64,000 nucleotides of DNA from Callorhinchus milii (GCF_018977255.1 NW_024704743.1:64668001-64732000), one strand, 5' to 3'; positions 26,822 to 38,649 are shown, counted from the stretch's first letter. The notes: generated from the letters alone by a model not told the origin. A program made the numbers and translations.

Positions 26822-27923
26822 GGGAAGATGGGAAGTGTGAGGGAAGAGAGAGAGTGAGGGAAGATGGAAAGTGAGGGAAGAGAGGGAGTGAGGGAAGAGA
26901 GTGAGTGAGGGAAGAGAGGGAGTGAGGGAAGATGGAAAGTGAGGGAAGAGAGGGAGTGAGGGAAGAGAGGGAGTGAGGGAAGAGAGGGAGTGAGGGAAGA
27001 GAGGGAGTGAGGGAAGATGGAAAGTGAGGGAAGAGAGGGAGTGAGGGAAGAGAGGGAGTGAGGGAAGATGGAAAGTGAGGGAAGAGAGGGAGTGAGGGAA
27101 GAGAGGGAGTGAGGGAAGATGGAAAGTGAGGGAAGAGAGGGAGTGAGGGAAGAGAGGGAGTGAGGGAAGAGAGGGAGTGAGGGAAGATGGAAAGTGAGGG
27201 AAGAGAGGGAGTGAGGGAAGAGAGGGAGTGAGGGAAGAGAGGGAGTGAGGGAAGATGGAAAGTGAGGGAAGAGAGGGAGTGAGGGAAGAGAGGGAGTGAG
27301 GGAAGATGGAAAGTGAGGGAAGAGAGGGAGTGAGGGAAGAGAGGGAGTGAGGGAAGATGGAAAGTGAGGGAAGAGAGGGAGTGAGGGAAGAGAGGGAGTG
27401 AGGGAAGATGGAAAGTGAGGGAAGAGAGGGAGTGAGGGAAGAGAGGGAGTGAGGGAAGAGAGGGAGTGAGGGAAGATGGAAAGTGAGGGAAGAGAGGGAG
27501 TGAGGGAAGAGAGGGAGTGAGGGAAGAGAGGGAGTGAGGGAAGATGGAAAGTGAGGGAAGAGAGGGAGTGAGGGAAGAGAGGGAGTGAGGGAAGAGAGGG
27601 AGTGAGGGAAGATGGAAAGTGAGGGAAGAGAGGGAGTGAGGGAAGAGAGTGAGTGAGGGAAGAGAGGGAGTGAGGGAAGAGAGTGAGTGAGGGAAGATGG
27701 GGAGTGAGGGAAGAGAGGGAGTGAGGAAAGAGAGGGAGTGAGGGAAGAGAGGGAGTGAGGGAAGATGGAAAGTGAGGGAAGAGAGGGAGTGAGGGAAGAG
27801 AGGGAGTGAGGGAAGAGAGGGAGTGAGGGAAGATGGAAAGTGAGGGAAGAGAGGGAGTGAGGGAAGAGAGGGAGTGAGGGAAGAGAGGGAGTGAGGGAAG
27901 AGAGGGAGTGAGGGAAGATGGAG
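26822..27923 (+). repeat. 17-bp purine-rich minisatellite (GAGGGAAGAGAGGGAGT / GAGGGAAGATGGAAAGT), about 1.1 kb
   Basis: Directly visible, with two interspersed 17-nt unit variants. Confidence 0.97.
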
Positions 27924-28050
27924 GAGACGGTGGTCCAGAAGGCGGGGGAACGGGGTTTAAAGAGATCGCTTTCATGGCAACGAGTGACACCGTTGGGACA
28001 GGGCAGGCGGTTCACGGGGGGGAGGCAGATGGCTTAGCAACTGGACGAGG

Positions 28051-28294
28051 CGGTTGCCTAGCAGCCCGTGCAGGCTGGGGGGCGGGGCACACGGTTGCCT
28101 AGCAGCCCGTGCAGGCTGGGGGGCGGGGCACACGGTTGCCTAGCAGCCCGTGCAGGCTGGGGGGCGGGGCACACGGTTGCCTAGCAGCCCGTGCAGGCTG
28201 GGGGGGCGGGGCACACGGTTGCCTAGCAGCCCGTGCAGGCTGGGGGGCGGGGCAGACGGTTGCCTAGCAGCTAGTGGCGGCTGGGGGGCGGGGC
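28051..28294 (+). repeat. 41-bp tandem repeat x6 (CGGTTGCCTAGCAGCCCGTGCAGGCTGGGGGGCGGGGCACA)
   Basis: Units start at 28051, 28092, 28133, 28174, 28216 and 28257; the last unit is degenerate. Confidence 0.95.
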
Positions 28295-28694
28295 GGTGAC
28301 TGTGTGCCCCTCCCTCAGGCGGATCATTTCCCAGCCTCTGGTTGGTCGGGGTCGGTTCCTTTATGTCCGCGTCGCTTGGCAACGGGAGGAGACGCGCGCG
28401 GCGGCCGGCGCCGAGGTCAGTAACAGTTAAAGGACTGAAGGCGCTGATCGGTCGCTTTGCTTTAATGGCCCCGGGTGTCTAGCAGCGGCGCCTCGTGGGC
28501 CCTGGGCCGCTGCCCGCGGCTCGGCCGCTTCCTTCCTCCCTTCCTTCCTTCTTTTTCCCCCTTCAACTCTCTTCGAGGCCTCTCGGGTGGGCCCGAGTGG
28601 CGGTCGGTGTTCAGTGCAGGAGGGTCGGCGTCGAGAGTCAACCCCGCCACCACCACCACCCCGGCCCCTCGGCTCTCGGGGACCAGGCGCCGCC

Positions 28695-29100
28695 ATGGCC
28701 CACGCGCTGATGCCCTTCGTCAGAGGGCCCGAGGACCGGCATTACTTCACCAGTTTCCTGGACCAACGCCAGGCCGCCTTCACCCGCTGGAGCCCGTTCG
28801 CCGAGGCGCCCGACGACAACTACCCGCTGGCCCCGCTCCGCCGCGACGTGCCGCTCGTCGACCCCTGCTCCGGCTTCGTGAGCGCGGGCGCGGACGCCGA
28901 CCTGGAGACCGGGGTGAAGGCCATCCCCAGCCTGGTCGACCTGAGCGGCGATGTCAGGCCCAACCACCGCGCCCCCAACCCCGCGGGCCGCTCGCAGACG
29001 CCGCCCAACTTCCCGTCCTTCCTGGAGTACGAGACGGCCGACGACAAGCAGTGGAACTCGCGGGCCGTGTCCACCGCAGCCCTGCGAGCCAGGGAGGGAG
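28695..29100 (+). CDS. SPATA48: SPATA48/SPMIP7 exon 1 (MAHALMPFVRGPEDRHYF...WNSRAVSTAALRAREG-G)
   Basis: Perfect Kozak context gccgccATGg. Motifs MPFVRG.E.RH, YPLAPLR.DV, DPCSGFVSAGADADL, IPSLVDLS and WNSR match the recalled SPATA48 sequence. Donor gtaatg at 29101, phase 1. Confidence 0.93.
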
Positions 29101-29409
29101 GTAATGTGCCGGGGCCCGAGCCCCGGGGCCCTCGGGGGGGAGACGCGAGGTTTATTTGAGGGGAGGGAGGGAGGGAGGGGGTCACTCACTCACTCACTCA
29201 CAAATACCCCGTAAAATGGAGTTTGGTTCATTTCCTGGTCTGCGGTATAAATCAATCTTCATCAAAAGAATATTTAAAGTGCCCAAACCGGTGTCAGTGG
29301 GTATTTCAGTGGCCCCCATCCAACTACCGTTTTAGTTACTGATATTGCTGCCCTCCGCCAGTCATGTTTCTGACCGTTCAGTGCCTTAGTGACTGACCAA
29401 ATGATATCA

Positions 29410-29740
29410 GTCCTGCAGCTCTCGTGGCGAGGCGAGACCGTTTGGGTTTGATTCCCGGGCGAAACATCAGGCAACTTCCCAAACTGCACCCCCTCTGTGC
29501 ACTGAGCAGTCAGTAGGAACCCATTGGTAGTCGATTGGTGGATCACTTTTCCAGGGCTTCAAAAAATAATACGTTGGTCACTTCAATCCACGTCTGTTTG
29601 TGGGTCGCTGCTGTGCGCAACTGGCTGCCGCATTTCGCCCACAAAATGTACAGTCAATTTACGTTTCAGTATGTTCTGTGAAGCGCTTTGAGACGTCTCA
29701 AAGCTGTGATAAAGCACTATATCAAATGCAAGGATTATCA
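29410..29740 (+). mobile_element. tRNA-derived SINE, long variant, in SPATA48 intron 1
   Basis: Carries the extra segment agtaggaacc...gtcgattggtggatcacttttcc also seen at 45640-45710. Confidence 0.8.
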
Positions 29741-30649
29741 TATTCATAGTTGTTAATATACAGATGTGTCCATCTTGGCAAGTGCAATTCAGAGAAGCTA
29801 TATACAAATTAGGTTTATCACTCTGATTCGCTATTGTGCTGGAAGCAATGGTTAGTTATTTTGTAAGAGATCTGGAAATGTATTCAAAGCTGAACAAAGG
29901 TGTGAAATCTGGTTTGCTATGTGCATTCAGAATGGTAGTTTAAGTAGAGACCATGTTCATATGGTAATATGACTTAAGGCCATAGTACAAGTCATTTTAT
30001 GTTGCATTGACTTTTTGAGAATCAGCGTTTTGTAAACTTGTCCAGTGGTAGTTTTGATATTGTATTTGTAAATAACAAATTCAGCACATCTTTTAACAGA
30101 AACATTATATTTTTTATTTGTTTTAATAATCAAGTTGTTTATAAAAATATTGTAGATAGGATTTTCTTGTACATTTATTGTAAAATTAACATTCACAGAC
30201 TCTTACTCAGCCAATCTCAACCAAGGTGGCAGGAACACATCAATTGGCTTAAGTGCCCCTTGGGCAGGAGATGAAAAAATGTCAGGGTTCCTTGTCTTGA
30301 CTGTTATCCATTGATCCTGCTGGAATATGCATTCATGTGGATGCAGAATGAAGACAAGATTGACAATCAGTGTGTTTGCCTCCCCACCATCCTCACATTA
30401 ATCCAGACCCTCATGTGAGGGGCTTTGGCAAATAGCTGACTCCACCTCCAGGGTGCTCAGAAATGGTCAGTGAGGGCCCTCCCTCCTTGCGGCCACTCCC
30501 CCCCCCCCAACCTTCTTCACATATTTGTGTGAGATAGCAGAAGGCTGTTGGCAGTTATGAAACTGCATAGAACTGGGTTCTAAGAAAGAGAAGTAAATGG
30601 AATAGTGACACATTAAGTAGAGCATTTTAATTCTATTTTACGTTTTTAG

Positions 30650-30747
30650 GTTGGACAAGTCCAGTGAGGGTTACACCATCATCTCCCCGAGTACCTTCCT
30701 CTTTTAAAACCCATAATTTTAACTTTGTGGTGGATCCTTCGGAACAG
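30650..30747 (+). CDS. SPATA48: SPATA48 exon 2 (GWTSPVRVTPSSPRVPSSFKTHNFNFVVDPSEQ)
   Basis: tttttag acceptor and gtatga donor; GWTSP.+VTP motif; phase 1 to 0. Confidence 0.92.
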
Positions 30748-31191
30748 GTATGACAAGTCAGCAAAATGTCAGATCACATGTACAGGGTCTTCACAAAGTC
30801 CTATTATGTCATTTTGTTTTACACAGTTCAATGACCACTGAAACACATGGAAAAATGTTGATAATTGTATGTAGAAATCCTTAATTGTATTCAATAAAAG
30901 TTTTTAACTATATCAGACGATCGGTGTGAGCGCCATCATTTTCATTGCAGATATTGATCTGTCTCCATGTTTGGTGTGACACTTTCCGCAATATGTATGG
31001 AGTGACAGCTTGTTCCAGCTCCTCAGCAGTCACATATCGTTGTTTTGTAATAGGAGTAAAAGGACTTTGTGGACACCCTGTACTATTGTTTTTTCAGATA
31101 ACCATTTAGTGGTTGCAGTTATGTGGTTTTATTTATCATGCTGTAAAATGTGGAATATTGAGCAGTGTATTTTGTATGCATTGAGTTATAG

Positions 31192-31265
31192 GTTCCAGGT
31201 GATGGATCTGATATTGAGAGAGACCTGATAGCAAGGAAATATATGTACACATCAATGACCCAAAG
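31192..31265 (+). CDS. SPATA48: SPATA48 exon 3 (VPGDGSDIERDLIARKYMYTSMTQR)
   Basis: ttatag acceptor and gtgagg donor; Y.S.TQ motif; phase 0 to 2. An alternative AG exists at 31198-31199 but would shift the frame. Confidence 0.82.
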
Positions 31266-31499
31266 GTGAGGATAAGAGATTCTGTTCATCTATGATGATG
31301 AATTTTAGGATAATGCTCATTTTAAGGTGATGGTGACGATACGTAATGCCCTAGTCTCTAGTTACCACGCAATAATTAATTCTAAGATGCTTGACAAAAA
31401 TGCATTATTTTCAGAGAAGTTATTAATGCTACAATATTGTAAATTGTTTTATAGGCCTCGCTTTCAAATTTTACAAGCATTTTGGTTGGTTTTGGAATA

Positions 31500-31935
31500 A
31501 ATTCTGCAGAATTGTAGGGATGAGGGACTACACTTGTGTGGAAAGACTAGAGAGACATTATTCTTCTTAGAGCAGAGATTTAATATAAGTGTTTTGATAG
31601 GGTAGATAGGTAGAAACTGTTTCCTCTGGTGGGTGGATCAATGATCAGAGAATACAGATTTAAGATAATTGTCAAAAGAGAAGAGACAAGGAGAATTGTT
31701 TTAACCCAGAGAGTTTTTACAGTCTGAACTGCATTTGCCTTAAAGGGTGGTGAAAGCAGATTCGATAATAGCTTTCAAAAGGGATTTAGATAGGTACTTA
31801 AAAAGGAAAAATTTGCAAGGCTGTGGACTAAGAGTGGGGTAGTGGGAGTATTTGTTCACTCTTTTGAAGACCCGGCATAGGCACGATAGGCCGAATGGCT
31901 TCCTTCTGTGCTGTAAGATTCTATGATTCTATAAT
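31500..31935 (+). mobile_element. CR1 LINE 3' end
   Basis: ggccgaatggcttccttctgtgctgtaagattctatgattcta tail. Confidence 0.82.
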
Positions 31936-33572
31936 TCTTTGAAAGTGGATATGTGTCAGCCTGGGCCGGTTGATAGTATTCTTGCCTCTTAATCAGAAGG
32001 TTATGGTTTCAAACCAGAGAAGGGGCGAAGGACTCTGATTGTGCTCGTCTCAGTTCAGGTACACCAAGGTCCCAATGGGGTTGCAAAGGTTGCAAAGAGT
32101 ACTCCTTTTGGATCTAAGCTCCTGGGGATGCAGCGGAGAGGCAACCTCCAGTCTCAAAGTCCAGGGTTAAGCAGTGAAGTAGATTTGTGGCAAATACGGG
32201 AAGCGACTGCAGGAAGGGATGGCTCTGGCACTGACCTGTCACTGAGCACCCTGGAGGCAGACGCCGTGTTGGCTTCACAGCGGGCACACCTATTTGCCAA
32301 AGCTCCTCATGTGAGGACCTGGATTAAGCAGCTGGTGCATTGGATTTTTACCTCGAGAACATCAAGGTGGCTAGCGCGTCACAAGCTGCACTATAAAGGT
32401 CCTCGTCGGATGTCAAATGGCCAACTAGTGACTATCCTCCTTGGAGGGGAGATAAGTGGGGTTTACTTGGAGAATAACTGAATCCAATGTGTTTGGCAAA
32501 GGAATGTCAAAATCGAGTCAGCCCTCTGTGACGGTCCTGGTAGTCCAGTTCCTGAATCAGGTGGATTTGCAGTACTCCAGGGCACTGCTGAAGGGCAGAC
32601 CAGTCAATAGGAGCAGGACTCTTCCTACTCAGCTCCTGTTAACCCTGCAAGCCAAAGGCCTAACAGGTAGGGTGGTCCTAGCTGGACAAGCAGTGAGAAA
32701 TCTTGCCAGACAGCGCTTGCTTTGAAGCTCTACGGCTCTGCTTCCCCCCCGGCTCTGAAAATTGATTGACTGGGGCTACTAATAACTAGTGTAGCCTAAA
32801 ATGAGTTTCTTTAAGAACATCAAGTTAAAACTGACTGAATTATATATTCAGCGTTACTGTATATGCACTCTTTTCACATTGTGGTCACTAGATGGAGTTA
32901 TATCTCCCTGTTCAGTGCTGTAGAAATAGAAGGATGGCAGATAAGAAATAAACGCAGTGCTGATCAATGCTACATTGTTGATGAAATACTATAAATGTTA
33001 ACTTCCTAGATGTGAAGCAGTTAAACTGTGTATCAATTCAGTATCCTCATGTAAATATGAGCAGTTACGTTGTGCATTCAACATTAGTCTGAACTACATG
33101 GAGAAATTTTAGAGCTCTCCTTTAAACATTGCCTAGAAAATACACTTGTGCTAATGTTAATAAATGATTTGCACCAGTCCAGTGAGTCCCACTATCAAAA
33201 ATCAGACAAACCATGTTGAAAATGACATTTAGTAAAGGATTATAATGAAGCTGTAGTGAAGGATCCGGAAGTTTTTTATCTAAAGGTTTGTTTTTAATAA
33301 TAATCCTTGCATCATGTCTTTGAGACATCTCGAAGCGCTTCACAGAATATACTGCAAAGTCAATTGACTGTATATTTTGTGAGGGAAAACCATACAACAG
33401 TCGTGGATTGACTGCAGGACAGTAGATTGAAAGTGCAGCTTACTCTACACAGACTTGATGGGCCAAATGGCTGCCTTCTGTGGAATTCATTGACCATAAG
33501 CAAGAAGATAAAAATCATGAAAAACAGTGTTGACAATGGTGTGGGGTGGGGGGTAGAAGTGCTTCCTGTATA

Positions 33573-33884
33573 GTGGAGTCCTGTAGCTCAGTGGTTCAAG
33601 CACTCACCTCGCAACCAAGAGACCTGGGTTCGATTCCCGGTAGGGCGAAACCTTGGGCAAATTTCCTTACTCCACACGCCTAATAATAATCCCTCAAGAA
33701 AAAAATAAATAATGAATTGATCACTTCAATCCACGACGGTTTATGGGACACTGCTGTGCGCAATTGGCTGCCGCATTTCGCCCACAAATACACAGTCAAT
33801 TCGCTTTACAGTATATTCTGTGTAGAGCTTTGAGACGTCTAGAAGACATGAAAAATGCTATTTCAAATGCAAGGATTATTATAT
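33573..33884 (+). mobile_element. tRNA-derived SINE
   Basis: Full-length copy. Confidence 0.92.
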
Positions 33885-34587
33885 TCTTGTAATTCATACT
33901 GTAAACTCCAGATAACTCATCCCACCAAGGGAAAAGAGCTCAATGCGATGATGTTACCCGGCTGGCGAGTTAGGGATAGTCCTTCTCGGGCCACAAGGAG
34001 TGCTGTGGCTTGGCAGAGGTTGGGCGTGCACGTTCAAATACATCACAGAGGCCGGGAGGGGGACAGGAGGCCATGGTGCAGCCTTCCAATAGACCAGAGG
34101 CCTTTGCAATGCATTTGATAATGTGCACCCAATTTCCGACGGGTGCTCGCACGAGTCACGGTAGAGCGGGAGGCCTCTGTGATGCACAAAGCCATCTTAT
34201 AGGATAAGTAATCAATTTTATTTTGTAAGTACTACATTCTGGAATACGACGTGTTAAGTGGAGTGACAAGCGGAGCCTCTTATTAACATTTTGCATGGGA
34301 AATCGCTAGGATATTGATAGCTTGGCGAATTAAATAGTGGTGACAAGTTAAGGCAGGGTTGAGTTTCAGAAGTTTACTATTTCTAAATTGATTCTTAAGG
34401 AATTTCTAAATTGAAACTGCAGGTTATAAATGATTGGGTTGGAATTTTACTTACTAGTTCTTGCAAATAAATTTCATTTTAATGTGTTACCTGTGGCATG
34501 TTTGTCAATTTATAGCTGTACTTATTATATTCACTGAGGGCATTTACGTATTCTGTATGTTCATTTGTAATTTATGTAAATGTACAG

Positions 34588-34726
34588 GAGTTATGAGGAC
34601 GTTCATTGGGACGCCAAGTTGCCACCTAAAATCAAACCACCAGATGCAACGCAGGAAAAGAAGACTGACCGTGTCACGCTAAGTTCTAATGCGAATAGAT
34701 ACGAACCAACTACTCAACAATGGCAA
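34588..34726 (+). CDS. SPATA48: SPATA48 exon 4 (SYEDVHWDAKLPPKIKPPDATQEKKTD...RYEPTTQQWQ)
   Basis: tacag acceptor and gtaagt donor; YEDV.WD..LPPK motif; phase 2 to 0. Confidence 0.93.
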
Positions 34727-35589
34727 GTAAGTATTTACATGAATTGTCCTTTTTTATGTTTGAAATCACCCCATCTCCAACCTCCTTTCCTTTCCAGCTT
34801 TGCTCCTTCCTCTATCACCACTCCCTCTACGAACCACTCAAATTGGGTTTCTGTGCTTCCCACAGCATAGAAACAACCTTGGTCAAAGTTACAAATCTGT
34901 GACCAAGGCTCCTGTCTCCTCGTCCTCCTTGACCTATATGCTGCCTTCAACACTGTGGACCATTCTATCCTCCTCCACCTCCTCTCAGCTGTTTTGTCCA
35001 CAGTATTTCAGAGGACTGCAGGTGGCAGCACAGCCAGCTTGGCTCATTGGCAACACTTAGAAGGACAGACCAATCCAGTGGCGCAGAGACCTTTACCACT
35101 CAGCTGCTGTTAACCCTGTAAGCCAAGTCCTAATAGTAGGGGGTCCTAGCTGGACAAGCAGTGGGAAAGCTTGCCAGACGGTGCTATCAATGGCAAGCTA
35201 TGCAGTTTTAGCTAGTTAGATACCGGCAGTACCCCAATGCACATGCTGGGGTCCCCAGTCTTGAATCTTATTAACTTGCAGCTAATACTCTCTGGGATTA
35301 GGTAAGCAGGATGCCTCCCCCAGGAAGAGAGTGTGCATTCCAGTCCAATAAACATTTCTGAAATTTCCATATATTGGTGTAAAGAATAGAACTCTTACTT
35401 TTAGTTTGGATTCTCTTAATAATTAATCCTTACATTTGATATAGTACCTTATCACGTTGTCGCGACATCTCCGAGCGCTTCACAGAATATAATGTAGTTG
35501 GTTGGATTATGTATTTTTTGGATGTAACCCATCCGGTCGGTACACAGCAATGTACCACAAACAACCATGGAGTGAGAGACCAATTTTAT

Positions 35590-35985
35590 AATAATAATAA
35601 TCCTTGCATTTGGTATAGTGCCTTACCACATTGGAAGGATGCCTTAAAGCACTTCACAGGATTTACTGTGGAGTAACAGTACATATGTAGACAAATGCGG
35701 CAGCACAATTGCGAACAGCCTTGAAATGAATGCCCAATTTTGTTTTGCGGGACTGTTAGCCAGGACACCGGAAGAACTCCCTTCTCTTTTCAAATAGCGC
35801 CATTAGATCTCAAACGTCCACATCTCGGTTTAATATCTCAACCAAAAGATCTCCGACGATGCAACACACCTTCAGCATTGCATTGGAGTTTCAGGCTAGA
35901 TTGTGGGTTAAAGTCCCGATATGGAATTCAAACCCACAACTTTCTGACTCAGTGGCGAGTGCTACCGCTGAGCCAAGCTGACGCT
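35590..35985 (-). mobile_element. Older DeuSINE (SacSINE1/AmnSINE1-like); related copies near 940-1250, 13410-13700, 36270-36455, 37225-37495, 37700-38075, 43555-43790 and 48538-48670
   Basis: Shared blocks across these copies such as gttcaggtggatgttaaagatccc and ggtgtcctggctaac, with a tRNA-like head. Confidence 0.7.
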
Positions 35986-37607
35986 AAATTTCGGGGATTG
36001 TTGGCTAGAACACCAGGAGATCTACACAGTTCACTTGAAGAGACAGACATGGTTAGACTTAATAATAAAATAATAATCCTTGCATTTGATACAGTGCCTT
36101 ATCATGTCTTCTACATGTCTTAAAGCGCTTCGCAGAATATACTGTGAAATTAATTGACTACATGTTTTGTGGGCGAAACGCAGCAGCCAATTATGCACAG
36201 CAGTGTCCCACAAACAGTCATGGGTTAAGTGACCAAATTATTATTATTTTAAATAATAATAATTTGGTTAAATATCTCATCCGAAGGATAGCAGATATGA
36301 GATATGACAGCAAGGATTAGCTGTCACAGTCCAACATACCTTCAGCACTGCATTGAAGTGTCAGCTTCAACAATGTGATTCCAAGTCCTGACATGGAGCT
36401 TGAACCCACAACCTTTTAACAGAGAGAGAGTGCTACCACTGAGGCAGGCTGACTCACAACGTGGTGATGGGTTTCCACATGTGTCAGACACCTGGTCAAA
36501 ACATCTGTGCTTCAAACCCTAGATGTGGTACTTGACCAAAATTGATTTATTCTAATTGGAGCATTGTGGACTTAATTCCCTATCGCACCTCCTCTGCAAC
36601 TGAAGCATTCACTCACACTTTCAACTTTAGTCTCCAATATTCCAATATTCTCCTTCCCAGTCTCCCTATCTCCAACCTCCACAAGCTCAAACTTATACAT
36701 CGCTCAGCCCCAAAGGACTCTGTTTACCACTCCCATAGAAATTAGACAGCTTCGTTTGACAACTGCTAGCATTGTCTAATGAAGATAGCAGATAGCAGGT
36801 AGGTGGGTAACAAACACCAGTAACTCTTTGTGAGCCACATAGTGAGAATTGCATCTACGCAAAAAATGTCAATTGTGTCATTTTTCAATGTACCATCTAC
36901 AATTGCATGAGTTCCTCTTTAAAAGTTTTTATTACAATTTAAATTGGTTTTGCTTCCTGTTTGCTCATAATTTTTACTATGCTTTCAGAAGCGTAGGAAT
37001 GCTGAGTGTCCTAAAATCTAAAACAATTCATCAATTGACGCAGCCTTTGCCACTGCAGTGACTACATGAATTTGAGCATTTTAAAGTTTTATTAAAAAAA
37101 CCTTAGGGCCTGTGTCTTTAAGGAATTGAATGAAAGAACATTATCAGTGTTCCACAGGGGAACAATATTCCTGTAACCTCCAATTCAACATAACTAAATG
37201 CAATTTTATTTGGGGGGTGGGGTGGCGTTGCTGGCCACGACATTGGGAGAAATTCCCTTTTTGAATAGTGCCATGGGATGTTTAACATCCACCAGAACTG
37301 GCAGACAATTCCTGTGTTAAATTCTCATCCGAAGGATGGCACCTCTGACAAAATAGATTGACCTACAGCATTGCATTGAAGTGTCATTTTAGACTATCTG
37401 ACTCATAGTCTAATATGATACTCCAGTGTAATGCTTGAACCCAGTTGTGGATTCAAGTCCCAGTGTGAGGCTTGAACCCACAACTGAGCCAGGCTAATAC
37501 TCATGTATGCATTATTTTCAACTACCTTATTTGTGTGAATTTGTGTAGCTAACATGTAAATAAATTGCAGCCATGGATTACTTTCAATTGTTTGCACTTT
37601 TTCCTAG

Positions 37608-37681
37608 GCTATTACTGGATTTGGAATCTGGGACAAATTTCAATCTCGGCCCCTGAATAACGTAACCAAACCAATCACATT
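37608..37681 (+). CDS. SPATA48: SPATA48 exon 5 (AITGFGIWDKFQSRPLNNVTKPITF)
   Basis: tttttcctag acceptor and gtgagt donor; WD+FQ.R and KPI.F motifs; phase 0 to 2. Confidence 0.9.
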
Positions 37682-38401
37682 GTGAGTAAAGTAATATAAT
37701 AATTCTGGCATTTTATATAGAGCCTTATTACATTCCTGAGTGGTCTTAAAGCACTTCATAGGATTTACTATAAAGTTTTGTGACTATTATGTAGGCAAAC
37801 GCAGCAACCAATTTACGCAGAGCAATTTCCCACAAGCAGTCATGAAACGAATGACCAATTTTATCTGGGGGTTTGTTGGCTTGGACACCAGGATAAACTC
37901 CCATTTCATTTTGAATAATACATGGGTCTAAATTAATATCCATCTGAATCAGCAGACTGAACCTCGGTTTAATGTCTCATCTGAAAGACATTTGACAATG
38001 CCACACAACCCCACCATTGCAGCATCAGCCTAGACTGACCTCAAAGTCACAACGTTGGGCTTGAACCCACATCCATCCAAGATGACACATTCTGTTTACC
38101 CAAGTACATTAGGATTAATCAACTTGACCTCACAAACAAATCTCTTACATTGTGCCAGTAAGTACTTTTTAAAGAAAATTGCAACTCTATTGATACATCT
38201 TGGATATTAAATCTGTTGAGAATTTAGAAAATTGCAAAAGTAAAATTAGTTTAAAAATTGTCTAAATGTTCACTTATTATTGAACTTTTCATTGTGTGAG
38301 AGGACCTTAGAAATTTGGTTTATTCTATGAATAAAAAATAAAGGCTTTAAGAGCTTGACTTTAATACTTTAAAATCACAAATTAACTTTTACCATTTCCA
38401 G

Positions 38402-38443
38402 CTCAAGCCCTTTTCCCAGAATTCATCAGATCCCACTCTATAG
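38402..38443 (+). CDS. SPATA48: SPATA48 exon 6 (SSPFPRIHQIPLYS)
   Basis: tttccag acceptor and gtaagg donor; IPLY motif; phase 2 to 2. Confidence 0.88.
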   Translation, partial: LKPFSQNSSDPTL

Positions 38444-38538
38444 GTAAGGCACTCTTAATGTAACATAACATAATTGCTAGTAATTTTAACAGATGGTAAA
38501 TTTGGAGTAACCTGAGTGTCATTGTTTTTTGTTGATAG

Positions 38539-38649
38539 TGGCTGTTTTGGTGGTATTAATACAGAGAATGTGGACAACCCTCATGCTGAATTTACCCCCT
38601 TCACAATGGTTCGAACCCAAGCTCCAAAACAATACCAAGATGTAACTCA
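38539..38649 (+). CDS. SPATA48: SPATA48 exon 7 (GCFGGINTENVDNPHAEFTPFTMVRTQAPKQYQDVTH)
   Basis: Follows a 95-nt intron; gatag acceptor and gtacgt donor; N...VDNP motif; phase 2 to 2. Confidence 0.88.

Larger units (their letters stand above)
27920..29170. promoter_or_regulatory. CpG island / SPATA48 promoter and first exon
   Basis: Sharp rise in GC and CpG content against an AT-rich background. X-box-like sites at 27968-27981, 28029-28041 and 28371-28383; MYB-like TAACAGTTA at 28421-28429. Confidence 0.85.

Noticed and set aside
26734..28015. Two ~410-aa minus-strand ORFs (PSL/PHSLSSLT repeats)
   Set aside because: Artefacts of the stop-free 17-bp minisatellite; low-complexity translation in multiple frames.
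28051..28294. CRISPR-like appearance of the 41-bp repeats
   Set aside because: Head-to-tail tandem units with no unique spacers and no cas genes; eukaryotic context.
28427..29214. Overlapping ORFs on both strands around SPATA48 exon 1
   Set aside because: GC-rich shadow ORFs; only the frame from ATG 28695 has homology and splices in phase.
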